Assembly: GCA_963665095.1 (NCBI GenBank)
Contig: OY762069.1
Location: forward strand, 768,001 to 832,000
Source: an uncultured Desulfobacter sp.
Lineage (GTDB): Bacteria > Desulfobacterota > Desulfobacteria > Desulfobacterales > Desulfobacteraceae
Direction of reading: 5' to 3'
DNA length: 64,000 nt
Part shown: positions 20,001 to 29,147 of the stretch, piece after piece
Layout: every line of letters begins with the position of its first letter
Numbering within the stretch: position 1 is the stretch's first letter
Made by a program: the position numbers and the translations under genes
Notes under the pieces: generated by a model
Databases searched by the model: none
What the model was told of the DNA's origin: nothing
What the model saw: the letters and a program-made list of their open reading frames with translations, nothing else

Positions 20001-21014
20001 CTATTTGAAAGGAGGAGAGTACATCAGGCCGCCGTCAGTCCACAGCGCATTCAGGCCTCTTTTAATCCCTAACGGGGTGTTCACGCCGACGTTTCTTTCA
20101 AATACTTCGCCGTAGTTCCCCACGGTTTTGATGATGTTGTATGCAAATTTTTCATCCAGCCCCAGTGCTTCTCCGTTACCCGGTGTAACACCAAGAAAGC
20201 GTTTGATTTTCGGGTTATCACTTTTCAGCATTTGATCCACATTCTTGGATGTGATTCCTAACTCTTCCGCGTTGATCAACGCCAGCATGGCGTAGTTGAC
20301 GATGTCTTTCCATTTGTTGTCGCCGTGTCTGACAGCAGGGGCCAGGGGCTCTTTGGAAATAATGGTGGGAAGAATTTCATAATCATCAGGGTTGGGTGCA
20401 ACGGATCTATTGCCGGCCAGCTGGGAGGCATCAGAGGTCAGCACGTCGCAGCGTCCGGCAAAAAAGGCTTTGTTCAGTTCTGCGGTATTTTCAATGACCA
20501 CCGGTTTCATGGTCATGCCGTTGGCGCGGAAATAGTCGGCGACATTTAACTCTGTGGTGGTTCCGGGAAGCACACAGACAGTTGCGCCGTCAAGCTCTTT
20601 GGCATCTTTGATTCCCAGCTTTTTGGGAACCAGAAATCCCTGGCCGTCATAGTAGTTGACCTGGACAAAATCCAGGCCAAGGGCGGTATCACGGCTCAGG
20701 GTCTGGGTGCAGTTTCTGTAAAGGACATCAATTTCGCCGGACTGCAGTGCGGTGAATCTGGTTTTTGCGGTCAACGGGGTGAATTTCAGTCTGTCTGGGG
20801 TGCCGAATACTGCTGCAGAAAGTGCTCTTGCACAGTCCACATCCAGACCTTTCCAGACCCCTTTGTCATCGGGCTTGCCAAATCCGAAGAGATCACCATT
20901 TATGCCAATCTGGATATATCCCTTGGCTTTAACATCTTCCAGGGTTCCTGCAAAGGCCGATGCGCTCATGGCGGTGGCAAATAAGCAAACTATTAGCATT
21001 TTAAACAATTTCAT
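20001..21014 (-). CDS. aapJ: General L-amino-acid ABC transporter substrate-binding protein (AapJ/BztA-like)
   Basis: Signal peptide; RFTALQSGEID, YYDGQGF, ISKEPL and VGNYGE motifs. Confidence 0.94.
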   Translation of the reverse strand: MKLFKMLIVCLFATAMSASAFAGTLEDVKAKGYIQIGINGDLFGFGKPDDKGVWKGLDVDCARALSAAVFGTPDRLKFTPLTAKTRFTALQSGEIDVLYRNCTQTLSRDTALGLDFVQVNYYDGQGFLVPKKLGIKDAKELDGATVCVLPGTTTELNVADYFRANGMTMKPVVIENTAELNKAFFAGRCDVLTSDASQLAGNRSVAPNPDDYEILPTIISKEPLAPAVRHGDNKWKDIVNYAMLALINAEELGITSKNVDQMLKSDNPKIKRFLGVTPGNGEALGLDEKFAYNIIKTVGNYGEVFERNVGVNTPLGIKRGLNALWTDGGLMYSPPFK

Positions 21015-21305
21015 AAACGACTCCCTCCTAAAAAATTAAAGTTGTGACATCAATTAAAAGAATTTGAAACCTCTGCCACTATTAGCATATGGGCACAAAT
21101 TTTCAAGCTCTTTCTGGGATGGCTTGAATTTTCCAGATTAAAATTCCGGTTTTCAAAATTTATTTTCATATTTGTTATAAATCGTAATGCAGGATTTGGT
21201 AAAATTTATGTAAATCTTTTCAAAAGCATTTGCCTGGCGGCTTTAAACAAAGTATTTCGGGAGCAAACTGTTTAACAACTTCTGTTTAACATAGGGACAA
21301 AAAAA

Positions 21306-21965
21306 ATGTGTGCGTGTAATAAAGTCTTGAGGGAACCTGTCAACGCCATCTCACACGGGGCCGGTGCTTTAGGGGCTGTTGCCGCACTGACCCTGATGGT
21401 GGTATATGCTGTCCTGCGTGCCGAAGTCTGGCATGTGGTGGCTTTTTCCATTTTTGGGGGCACCCTGATTCTGATGTATACCTCGAGCTGCCTCTACCAT
21501 GCATTAAAGATTTCCGACGGTGCTTTACTGGTGTTTCGTCGCATTGATCATATCATGATTTTTGTGGTCATTGCCGGTTCTTATACGCCCTTGTGTCTGG
21601 TTCCCCTGCGTGGCCCTTGGGGCTGGAGTCTTCTCGGGGCCGTGTGGGGTATTGCCGTGGCCGGTGTTTTTATCAAAATTTTCTGGATGGGGGCGCCAAG
21701 GTGGATATCTACCATGATTTACCTTATTATGGGCTGGCTGTGCCTTGTTGCCGCGTATCCTCTGGTGAAGAACCTTGAGGCAAAAGCATTGTTCTGGCTG
21801 ACAACCGGCGGCCTAATGTATACGGTGGGTGCTCTATTTTACGCCTTGAAAAAACCCAATCCTTTTCCCGGGCTTCTGGGGTTTCATGAAATATGGCACG
21901 GGTTTGTTATTTTGGGCAGTGCATCCCATGTCTGGCTTTCGTTTAAATATCTGATGTATATTTAA
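21306..21965 (+). CDS. Hemolysin III / PAQR family membrane protein
   Basis: NAISHG, SCLYH, DHIMI..IAGSYTP and HEIWH motifs. Confidence 0.92.
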   Translation: MCACNKVLREPVNAISHGAGALGAVAALTLMVVYAVLRAEVWHVVAFSIFGGTLILMYTSSCLYHALKISDGALLVFRRIDHIMIFVVIAGSYTPLCLVPLRGPWGWSLLGAVWGIAVAGVFIKIFWMGAPRWISTMIYLIMGWLCLVAAYPLVKNLEAKALFWLTTGGLMYTVGALFYALKKPNPFPGLLGFHEIWHGFVILGSASHVWLSFKYLMYI

Positions 21966-22147
21966 ATGCCCTGCTGCACGACAGCCAAATACCTTTGATT
22001 TTTAAAGCTGATTTACCGCTCAGCGTGTTTATCTGAGAGCACCGGCTGGCTTGCCATTTTAAAAAAAATCTGACACACTTTCCATTCACTAACAATATGA
22101 CTGGTGTTTTCATCTTTTATGTTTACTTTGTTTTTCAGGAGCATTTT

Positions 22148-22702
22148 GTGAAAGTATATAATAAGGAAAGAGTAACTGACTACCCCCACTTAAACCTGAT
22201 CTGTGCCCGGTATACAGACAGAGCCGGCAAGGATAAGGCCTGGATGTATGCCTCCAGACAAAACCCGGGAAGACCTGATGCCGTGGTGGTGGTCCCTTTT
22301 CATAAACAGTTGAACCGGCTCGTGCTTATTAAGGAGTTCCGGGTGCCCCTGGAGGGTTTTCAATACGGTTTCCCCGCAGGGCTTGTGGATCCTGGTGAAA
22401 GCGTGGAACAGGCTGGTGAAAGAGAACTTTTTGAAGAAACCGGTCTTACTGTGGTTAATATAATAAAAAAAAGTCCACCTGTATTCTCTTCATCCGGGAT
22501 GACCGATGAAAGCGTCTCTTTGTTGTATGTGGAATGCGACGGCAGGCCGGATACCGGTCATAATGAAGCATCCGAGCTCATCGAGGTGAAGATGATGACC
22601 CGGCAGGAGGCGGCTGCCAGCATAAATACGGAAGGGTTGCTGTTTGACGTAAAAACATGGGTGGTCCTGGATAGATTTGCTGCCACCGGCCAGGTGACCT
22701 AA
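22148..22702 (+). CDS. NUDIX hydrolase (ADP-ribose pyrophosphatase-like)
   Basis: Nudix box PAGLVDPGESVEQAGERELFEETG and SSGMTDE; GTG start at 22148 follows AGGAG. Confidence 0.88.
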   Translation: MKVYNKERVTDYPHLNLICARYTDRAGKDKAWMYASRQNPGRPDAVVVVPFHKQLNRLVLIKEFRVPLEGFQYGFPAGLVDPGESVEQAGERELFEETGLTVVNIIKKSPPVFSSSGMTDESVSLLYVECDGRPDTGHNEASELIEVKMMTRQEAAASINTEGLLFDVKTWVVLDRFAATGQVT

Positions 22703-22713
22703 GGGTATAGTGC

Positions 22714-24561
22714 ATGTTTTCAAATTTCATATATTTTCTGACGGCCCTGGTAATTTATGCCACCTCGGAACTGTTCGACAAGCCAGCGCAATTCTCTTTG
22801 TCTGTCATTGGGCTGTTTCTTGCCAACACCGTTGCTTTTGCTCTGGTCTGCCGGGTTTATTTTCGGCATCTGGCCGCTCAGGCCTTCCACACCAGGGCGG
22901 CAAGCCTTGATCTGCGTTTAAACAATGCGGTTTCCCGTCTCTCCATCCTGGCTCTGATACTTTTTGCGATCAATATTTATGGTCTCAGACTGAATGGTCT
23001 GTTGCTGGACTTTCCTTTGTTTCAATGGATGCCAACCCTTGGGGCGCTGATATTTATGGGATTGTTTCTGCTTTATCTGGTTTTGATCTGGAATGAGGCA
23101 TTTGAGGTGCAGAAACGACTTTTTACCGGAGATGTAGTAACCCGTAATAATTTCATTTTTTCAAATATTGCATTCTGTCTGCCGGCTCTGCTGCCCTGGT
23201 GCTGCCTCTCCCTGCTGGCTGATGTTTTAGCTCTTCTTCCCTTTGAGGGCGTGAACCGTTTTTTCAATTCCACTGCCGGCGAAGCGGTATATATTTTTGT
23301 TTTTGTGATTGCAGTTGCTGTGTTCGGCCCGGTATTTATTCATCGTCTGTGGCGATGCCGCCCCCTGGAACCTGGTTTTAACAGACACCGTATAGAAAGG
23401 GTCTGCGCCATGGCCGGCCTGAAATACAAAAATATCCTGAAATGGGAGTTATTCGGTGGTGGTATGATAACTGCCGGTGTCATGGGGCTTGTGGGAAAGT
23501 TTAGATATATTCTGGTGACTCCGGCACTTTTGACCGCCCTGGATGACGATGAAATCGAAGGGGTTATTCTGCATGAGATTGGCCATGTCCATAATCATCA
23601 CATGCTTTTTTACCTGTTTTTCTTTGCTGGATTTATTGCCTGTAATTTTGTGTTTTTTGACCCATTAATGCTTGTGATTTATCTGATTCGTCCTCTGTAT
23701 GACGGGGCTGAATTTTTAGGGGTCAGCCAGACATCTGCCCATGCTGCTGCAACCTGTATTGTTCTTATCGGTTTGTTTGTCTGTTATTTCAGATATATTT
23801 TCGGGTATTTTATGCGTCATTTTGAACGTCAGGCGGACCTGCACATATTTAAGTATCAGAAAACGCCGTCCGCTCTGATTTCCACCTTTTATAAAATTGC
23901 TTCTTTGAGTCGGCAGTCCATTGACAAGCCAAACTGGCACCACTTCAGTATTGGCCAGCGCATCCGGTTTCTGGAAAGCTGCAGGACGAGCCCGGGCCTG
24001 ATCCATGCACACCACAAAAAGGTAAAAAGGATGGTGGCGGGCTATATTCTCGGTATCGGGTTACTTTTTATTTTGGGTTACAGTATCAGCTACGGAAGTC
24101 TTGAAAAACCTTTTTCCAGGTATGCAGCCGGCAAAATTCTGACCCGCCAGCTGGCTCTGGATCCTGATAACTCTGATTTATATGTTCAGGTGGGTGATTA
24201 TTATTATGATGCACAACAATATATAAAAGCAAAAGTGGCGTATGAGAATGTTATAAAAATTGATCCTGGTAATGTACATGCCCTGAATAACCTTGCCTGG
24301 CTTCTGGCTACCTGTCCCAGACAGGAGCTGCAGGATCCTGTCAGATCCCTGAGTCTGGCTAAACAGGCGGTGGCCATCGATGCTGCGCCACATATTTTGG
24401 ATACCTATGCTGAGGCCCTGTTTGCGAATGATTTCAGGAAAGAGGCATTGGATACCGCCAGGCAGGCATTTCAAAAGGCAAAAGAAAAAAAGCAGTATTA
24501 TTCAGATCAAGTGGGGCGGTTTGAAAAGGCGTTACAAAAATATATGCCGGGCAGATTCTGA
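22714..24561 (+). CDS. M48 family membrane zinc peptidase with C-terminal TPR
   Basis: HEIGH zincin motif, ERQAD, many TM helices, TPR region with NNLAW and DTYAEAL. Confidence 0.88.
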   Translation: MFSNFIYFLTALVIYATSELFDKPAQFSLSVIGLFLANTVAFALVCRVYFRHLAAQAFHTRAASLDLRLNNAVSRLSILALILFAINIYGLRLNGLLLDFPLFQWMPTLGALIFMGLFLLYLVLIWNEAFEVQKRLFTGDVVTRNNFIFSNIAFCLPALLPWCCLSLLADVLALLPFEGVNRFFNSTAGEAVYIFVFVIAVAVFGPVFIHRLWRCRPLEPGFNRHRIERVCAMAGLKYKNILKWELFGGGMITAGVMGLVGKFRYILVTPALLTALDDDEIEGVILHEIGHVHNHHMLFYLFFFAGFIACNFVFFDPLMLVIYLIRPLYDGAEFLGVSQTSAHAAATCIVLIGLFVCYFRYIFGYFMRHFERQADLHIFKYQKTPSALISTFYKIASLSRQSIDKPNWHHFSIGQRIRFLESCRTSPGLIHAHHKKVKRMVAGYILGIGLLFILGYSISYGSLEKPFSRYAAGKILTRQLALDPDNSDLYVQVGDYYYDAQQYIKAKVAYENVIKIDPGNVHALNNLAWLLATCPRQELQDPVRSLSLAKQAVAIDAAPHILDTYAEALFANDFRKEALDTARQAFQKAKEKKQYYSDQVGRFEKALQKYMPGRF

Positions 24562-24592
24562 GTATTCATAGTAGATCCTGAGTATTCATAGT
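24553..24592. repeat. 20-bp tandem duplication spanning the stop codon
   Basis: agattctgagtattcatagt followed by agatcctgagtattcatagt. Confidence 0.85.
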
Positions 24593-24745
24593 ATTGATGC
24601 CGGAATTGCAGGAGGGAAGGTTCGTGTTTGGCCGGAAGAAATAGGCTTATCTGAAAACGAATTTGTCCGGGGGAATCTTCTGAGATTTGATGAAGCCCCC
24701 GGTCAATATAACAATATCAAAGTTGGGATAATGCCGGCAATGCAG

Positions 24746-25171
24746 CTATGATGTGTGTGACACCCTGTACTCTTGAAGGCCTAAATGCATGGTCTTGACT
24801 GCCAGCTGAATGCAATGGTGCTTTTTTTCCGGTATACTTTCAAGAACAGTGAAAACATCACCGTCATCAATCTCCAGGGCCTGATTTATGGTTTTGCCTT
24901 TTACCAGATCCACTGTGGCCATGGCTGCGGAAATCGCCCCTGCGCAGCCGGTGATCTCGTATTTGGCATCCTGAATAACCTGGTCTTCATCAACCTTCAG
25001 ATAGATTTTCATTGTGTCTCCGCAGGAACCTATCTTACAAGAAATCTGGTCTGCATTTTCAATGGAGCCCATATATTTTTTCCCAAGATAGTATTCAATT
25101 GCAGGTTTTCCGTAACCAGCATCTGAAAGCATCTTACGCTCTGAATCCTGTATTGTAATTTCAGTCACCAC
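24746..25171 (-). CDS. IscU/NifU-N-type Fe-S scaffold protein
   Basis: Three conserved Cys in SCGD, GCA and HCIQLA. Confidence 0.85.
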   Translation of the reverse strand: MVTEITIQDSERKMLSDAGYGKPAIEYYLGKKYMGSIENADQISCKIGSCGDTMKIYLKVDEDQVIQDAKYEITGCAGAISAAMATVDLVKGKTINQALEIDDGDVFTVLESIPEKKHHCIQLAVKTMHLGLQEYRVSHTS

Positions 25172-25682
25172 TTCATGTATCCTTATATTATACTTTTGCC
25201 AAAACCAAATATTTTACCGGGCAGCAGGATCTCTCTCCTTAAGCTTAAGCACGGCTCATTAATATAATAACCCTCCTAAAATAATGAATTCCATTTTTAT
25301 GTCAAGGAAAATGAAAGAAAGATTTATACCGGCTCGGCTCCTTTGGGTGCCAGTTTTTTGTTACAGCCCTGAATTATGGTGTTATCCAGGACCTGGTTTA
25401 ATAAAAAAATCGTTGTTATCGTGTCTTTTTCTCCGTGATTGAGTTTGCGATACCGCCTGAATTAAAAGCGACTTAAGTCTGTTTCTGTATTTTTTTTAGG
25501 AAATTATCCATGTGTTGCAAATAGGGCTTGTGATTATAGCCGGTTATGGTATCCTGTTAGGACTTAATCCAATTAGTCAACCCAATAGCGGTTAAATATT
25601 GTAGCTCTATAGTTTAAAGGCTGTATAAAGCTGTAGCTTAACTTATGTTATTCATTGTCATTTTGGCTAAAGGAGATCAGGA

Positions 25683-25913
25683 ATGAAAGAGTTGATCAAG
25701 CTTATGGCAGAGGCACTGGTTGATGCCCCTGAACAGGTTGACGTTCAAGAAATTAAAGCCCAGCAGACACTCGTATTGGAATTACGCGTGGCCAAAGAGG
25801 ATTTGGGGAAAGTAATCGGAAGAAAGGGGCGAACTGCCCAGGCTATGCGAACGATTTTAGCCTGTGCATCGGCAAAAGAGCAGAAGCGGGTTATCCTGGA
25901 AATCGTCGAATAA
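25683..25913 (+). CDS. khpA: KH-domain RNA-binding protein (KhpA family)
   Basis: DLGKVIGRKGRTAQAMRT; AAGGAG RBS. Confidence 0.9.
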   Translation: MKELIKLMAEALVDAPEQVDVQEIKAQQTLVLELRVAKEDLGKVIGRKGRTAQAMRTILACASAKEQKRVILEIVE

Positions 25914-25962
25914 CTTGTTGCCAAAGAAAATTTTAGTTTTTTCACTGGATTAACAATACCGA

Positions 25963-25992
25963 AATGACAAACATTTTCTGGTGTTTGTCATT
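25963..25992. repeat. 11-bp inverted repeat after khpA (terminator or operator)
   Basis: aatgacaaaca-N8-tgtttgtcatt. Confidence 0.5.
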
Positions 25993-26248
25993 GTCAGTTA
26001 CGGTCTGATTATCGTCGCTTCAAGGTTTTGGATGCGTTTTTAAAATTCGGGGAATAAACAGGAAGTTGAAAATAATTGCATTTTCAGTTTAACTGAAAAG
26101 GGGGCAAATTGCTCTCCAAGTGTGAAATTATTCCTGTCTTGTCATGCATTTAGCCTGAGAATTTTAGAATTAGGCTGCCTTATGTTGATTTCGGGATAAA
26201 ACTTATATCCTGGAATCACGTTTTGTGCTATGGATAGAGCCTTAAGAA

Positions 26249-26295
26249 TTTTAACTTCCTGCTACATATTTTATTTTTAACTTCCTGCTACATAT
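26249..26295. repeat. 21-bp direct repeat (period 26) just upstream of the SBP start
   Basis: ttttaacttcctgctacatat at 26249-26269 and 26275-26295. Confidence 0.85.
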
Positions 26296-26314
26296 AATGA
26301 AGGGGATAACGCTG

Positions 26315-27481
26315 ATGGAAAAGATAAAAAAAATTGTCTGTTCAACCCTGATTCTATTTTTTGTGTTTGCCTTTACGTCAGTCATGGCAGCTGACAAAGG
26401 CAATTTCAGCACCAAACCGATGACAAACAACGGGAAAAAATGGCGAATCGGTTATTTTGAAGGCGGCGAATATATAAACTATCAGCTCAACTTTTTAGGA
26501 ATAGTAAGGGGGCTGATGGATATGGGGTGGATGGAGCAAGTGAAACTTCCCCCTCAGTCTGGCGAACAGACCGCAGATTTATGGAAGTGGCTTGTGGCCA
26601 ATACCAAAAGCCAATACATAGAATTTGTAAAAGACGGTCACTATACCGGGAACTGGGATAAGGCTCTGCTGGAGAAAATGGTGCCTGAAATTATTTCTCG
26701 GCTGAATAATATAAAAGACATTGACCTGATTATTGCTGCAGGCACCAAGGCCGGCTTAAAGCTTGCCACCAACGACCACCATGTGCCGACGCTTGTTATT
26801 TCTACCACAGACCCGCTGGCTGCCGGGATTATTAAAAGTGTGGAAGATTCAGGGTTTGATCATGTGCATGCACGGGTAGATCCCTATCGCCATGAACGTC
26901 AGATCAGCCTTTTTCACGATATCATCGGGTTTGATAAACTTGGTGTTGCCTATCAGGATACTGAACAGGGTCGCAGTTACGCAGCTCTTGACAGCGTTAA
27001 AAAGGTGGCAGATGAGCGTGGTTTTGAGATTGTTCCCTGTTTCACAACAGATGAAAGTGCAGATGTGAAAAAGGATCAGGAAAGTGTAAAAAAATGCTTT
27101 GAGACTTTAGGCAAAACCTCCCAGGCCATCTATGTCACCACTCAGAATGGCGTGAGCGCTGACAGTATCCCTGAACTTGTGAAAATCGCTAATAAATACC
27201 GGATTCCCACATTTACCCAGTCTCATTCAGAACAGGTGAAATACGGATTTTTGATGAGTATCTCCCGGGCTAATTTTCAGTATGTAGGGCGCTTTTATGC
27301 CGATACCATAGCCAAGATATTTAATGGCGCCAAACCCAGGGATATAGGCCAGTTGTTTGAAGATCCGCCAAAAATTGCCATTAACTTAAAAACTGCGGAG
27401 CTGATCGGTTATGATCCGCCAGTGGATGTTTTGAGTGCTGCAGATGAAATTTTTGAGGAAATTGAAACGCCTAAAAAATAG
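26315..27481 (+). CDS. Periplasmic substrate-binding protein (ABC_sub_bind-like), no cognate permease nearby
   Basis: Signal peptide; STTDPLAAGI, IPTFTQ and IAINLKTAELIG motifs; AGGGGA RBS before ATG at 26315. Confidence 0.8.
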   Translation: MEKIKKIVCSTLILFFVFAFTSVMAADKGNFSTKPMTNNGKKWRIGYFEGGEYINYQLNFLGIVRGLMDMGWMEQVKLPPQSGEQTADLWKWLVANTKSQYIEFVKDGHYTGNWDKALLEKMVPEIISRLNNIKDIDLIIAAGTKAGLKLATNDHHVPTLVISTTDPLAAGIIKSVEDSGFDHVHARVDPYRHERQISLFHDIIGFDKLGVAYQDTEQGRSYAALDSVKKVADERGFEIVPCFTTDESADVKKDQESVKKCFETLGKTSQAIYVTTQNGVSADSIPELVKIANKYRIPTFTQSHSEQVKYGFLMSISRANFQYVGRFYADTIAKIFNGAKPRDIGQLFEDPPKIAINLKTAELIGYDPPVDVLSAADEIFEEIETPKK

Positions 27482-27534
27482 TTCTGAACCCTTAATAAAA
27501 AAACTATTGAACTGCCCCGGATCACTGGGCAGAC

Positions 27535-27562
27535 AAAAGGCCCGGGTAACACCGGGCCTTAA
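27535..27562 (-). terminator. Rho-independent terminator between convergent genes
   Basis: aaggcccgg-gtaaca-ccgggcctt stem followed by a U-tract on the minus strand. Confidence 0.65.
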
Positions 27563-27567
27563 TTATT

Positions 27568-29139
27568 TCAAGCTGGCCGGCACAGGACCACGTGGTTTGA
27601 CAATGTATTATAACATGCCCGGGCCACCTTCGACTGCCAGTCCGATGTTTTGGTAAGATCTGCATCAGCATCCTTCAAGGCACCAAAAAGCCCTGCCATG
27701 TGGGCCTGCTTAACTGTCAGGTCCAGGGCCTGAATCAAATTGGCCCTGGTAATGCCGCCGGACTGGATAATTTCAAGGGGGCCCGCAGGGATCAGTTCCT
27801 GCCCCTGGCCGGGAATCATACACGCCAGCATGCCGTCCTGGTAAAGGTTGGTGGTAATTGAGTTGATCATCCCGGCACTGTAGCTATCATCAAACGCCTG
27901 TAAGGTCTGTGATATAATGTTTTTCATCCAGGTGAGATAGCCCCCCTGAAAAACCCCTCCCACACAAGTCAGCCCTCTGGCAAAACAGAGCACCAGAAAG
28001 CAGGTAAAAAGAGAGGGCAGAAGTTTGCGTGTCTCAAGTGCCAGGCAAAGCTCTTCCCGGGTGAAGGCCACGTCATAACCGTTGCCACTGTCGGTTCTCC
28101 CGCAAAGATGAAGACAGCCTTTAACCGGTTTTAAAAAAAGGGGGATGCGCCGGCCATCTCTGTCAATGCCCCAGAAGAAAATTGTTCCCGTACTGCCGGT
28201 CGGCGGTTTTCCCGTGGCAGTATCTCTGGCCGCAAGTTTTTCAACAAGCCAGCATCCAGGGCATCCGTCCAGTCCTTTGATAATTTTGTTACAAAAATCA
28301 GAATTGAAAAAAGCCCTGTGTACAAGGGTTGCTTCATCTGCCAGGTCTTTCATAACCAGGCAGGCAGCGATCTGCTCAATTTCCAGATAAACCAGGTCCG
28401 CAGGTGCGGAACCGGTCTTAACAAGGTATTTTCCAATCATTTGATTGGCAGCAGTGGCCTGGGCTGCATAGCTGGTTTGGTGTAAAACATGATCGCTGCA
28501 GTATACCTGGTCCAGAAGCGTGATGATTGTTTCTGCCACGGGCCTGGATATCAGTTTCTGCGTGTGCCAGCTGTTTGCTGTTTTTATGGTTTTTTGAACC
28601 ATCTCCCGGGTAAAAGGCTTTGCCAGACTTGCCATGGTCCGTTTCTGGCTGTCTGCATATATTGGCAGTCTTAAGGGAAGATTGCGGGCCTGATTTTTTC
28701 CTGTTCCGTATACCAGAAGGCCCCTTGCAAAGGTGGAACTGTTCAGTGGGACATTACCAAAGGAGAGAATGGGAATAGTGGATCTTTTCAACCGGCCTGT
28801 CAGAACCCCGGACCCATAGATCAGGTTGCCCTGCACTGAGTTGGCAAAAAAATCAATGCCAAGGTGGGTGGTGGTCATCACAGTGCCTGATGCTGAAAGA
28901 TCCTCAGCTGTCCGGGCCGCTGTCTCCCTGCCTAGAACCGGGCTGACCTGTGTCATTACTGCCTGTTTGATGTCATCCCGTGATTGAATGCCAGGGAAGG
29001 GCGGCTGATCAAAGCACTTGACGTAATCGGCAAGGGGAAGATGCCCGCATGTGTCAAGAATTTTACCCACCACCGGGAGCCTGTCCACAACGATATTAAG
29101 ATAGTCAGCTGCATGATTAAAAGCTGGTGCATTCATCAT
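27568..29139 (-). CDS. Hypothetical soluble protein, 523 aa (possible enzyme)
   Basis: Long ORF starting 8 bp after the MFS gene; motif-like blocks THLGIDFFANSVQG, GNVPLNSSTFARG and GTIFFWG; no family recognised. Confidence 0.75.
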   Translation of the reverse strand: MMNAPAFNHAADYLNIVVDRLPVVGKILDTCGHLPLADYVKCFDQPPFPGIQSRDDIKQAVMTQVSPVLGRETAARTAEDLSASGTVMTTTHLGIDFFANSVQGNLIYGSGVLTGRLKRSTIPILSFGNVPLNSSTFARGLLVYGTGKNQARNLPLRLPIYADSQKRTMASLAKPFTREMVQKTIKTANSWHTQKLISRPVAETIITLLDQVYCSDHVLHQTSYAAQATAANQMIGKYLVKTGSAPADLVYLEIEQIAACLVMKDLADEATLVHRAFFNSDFCNKIIKGLDGCPGCWLVEKLAARDTATGKPPTGSTGTIFFWGIDRDGRRIPLFLKPVKGCLHLCGRTDSGNGYDVAFTREELCLALETRKLLPSLFTCFLVLCFARGLTCVGGVFQGGYLTWMKNIISQTLQAFDDSYSAGMINSITTNLYQDGMLACMIPGQGQELIPAGPLEIIQSGGITRANLIQALDLTVKQAHMAGLFGALKDADADLTKTSDWQSKVARACYNTLSNHVVLCRPA

Positions 29140-29147
29140 ACTGTTGT

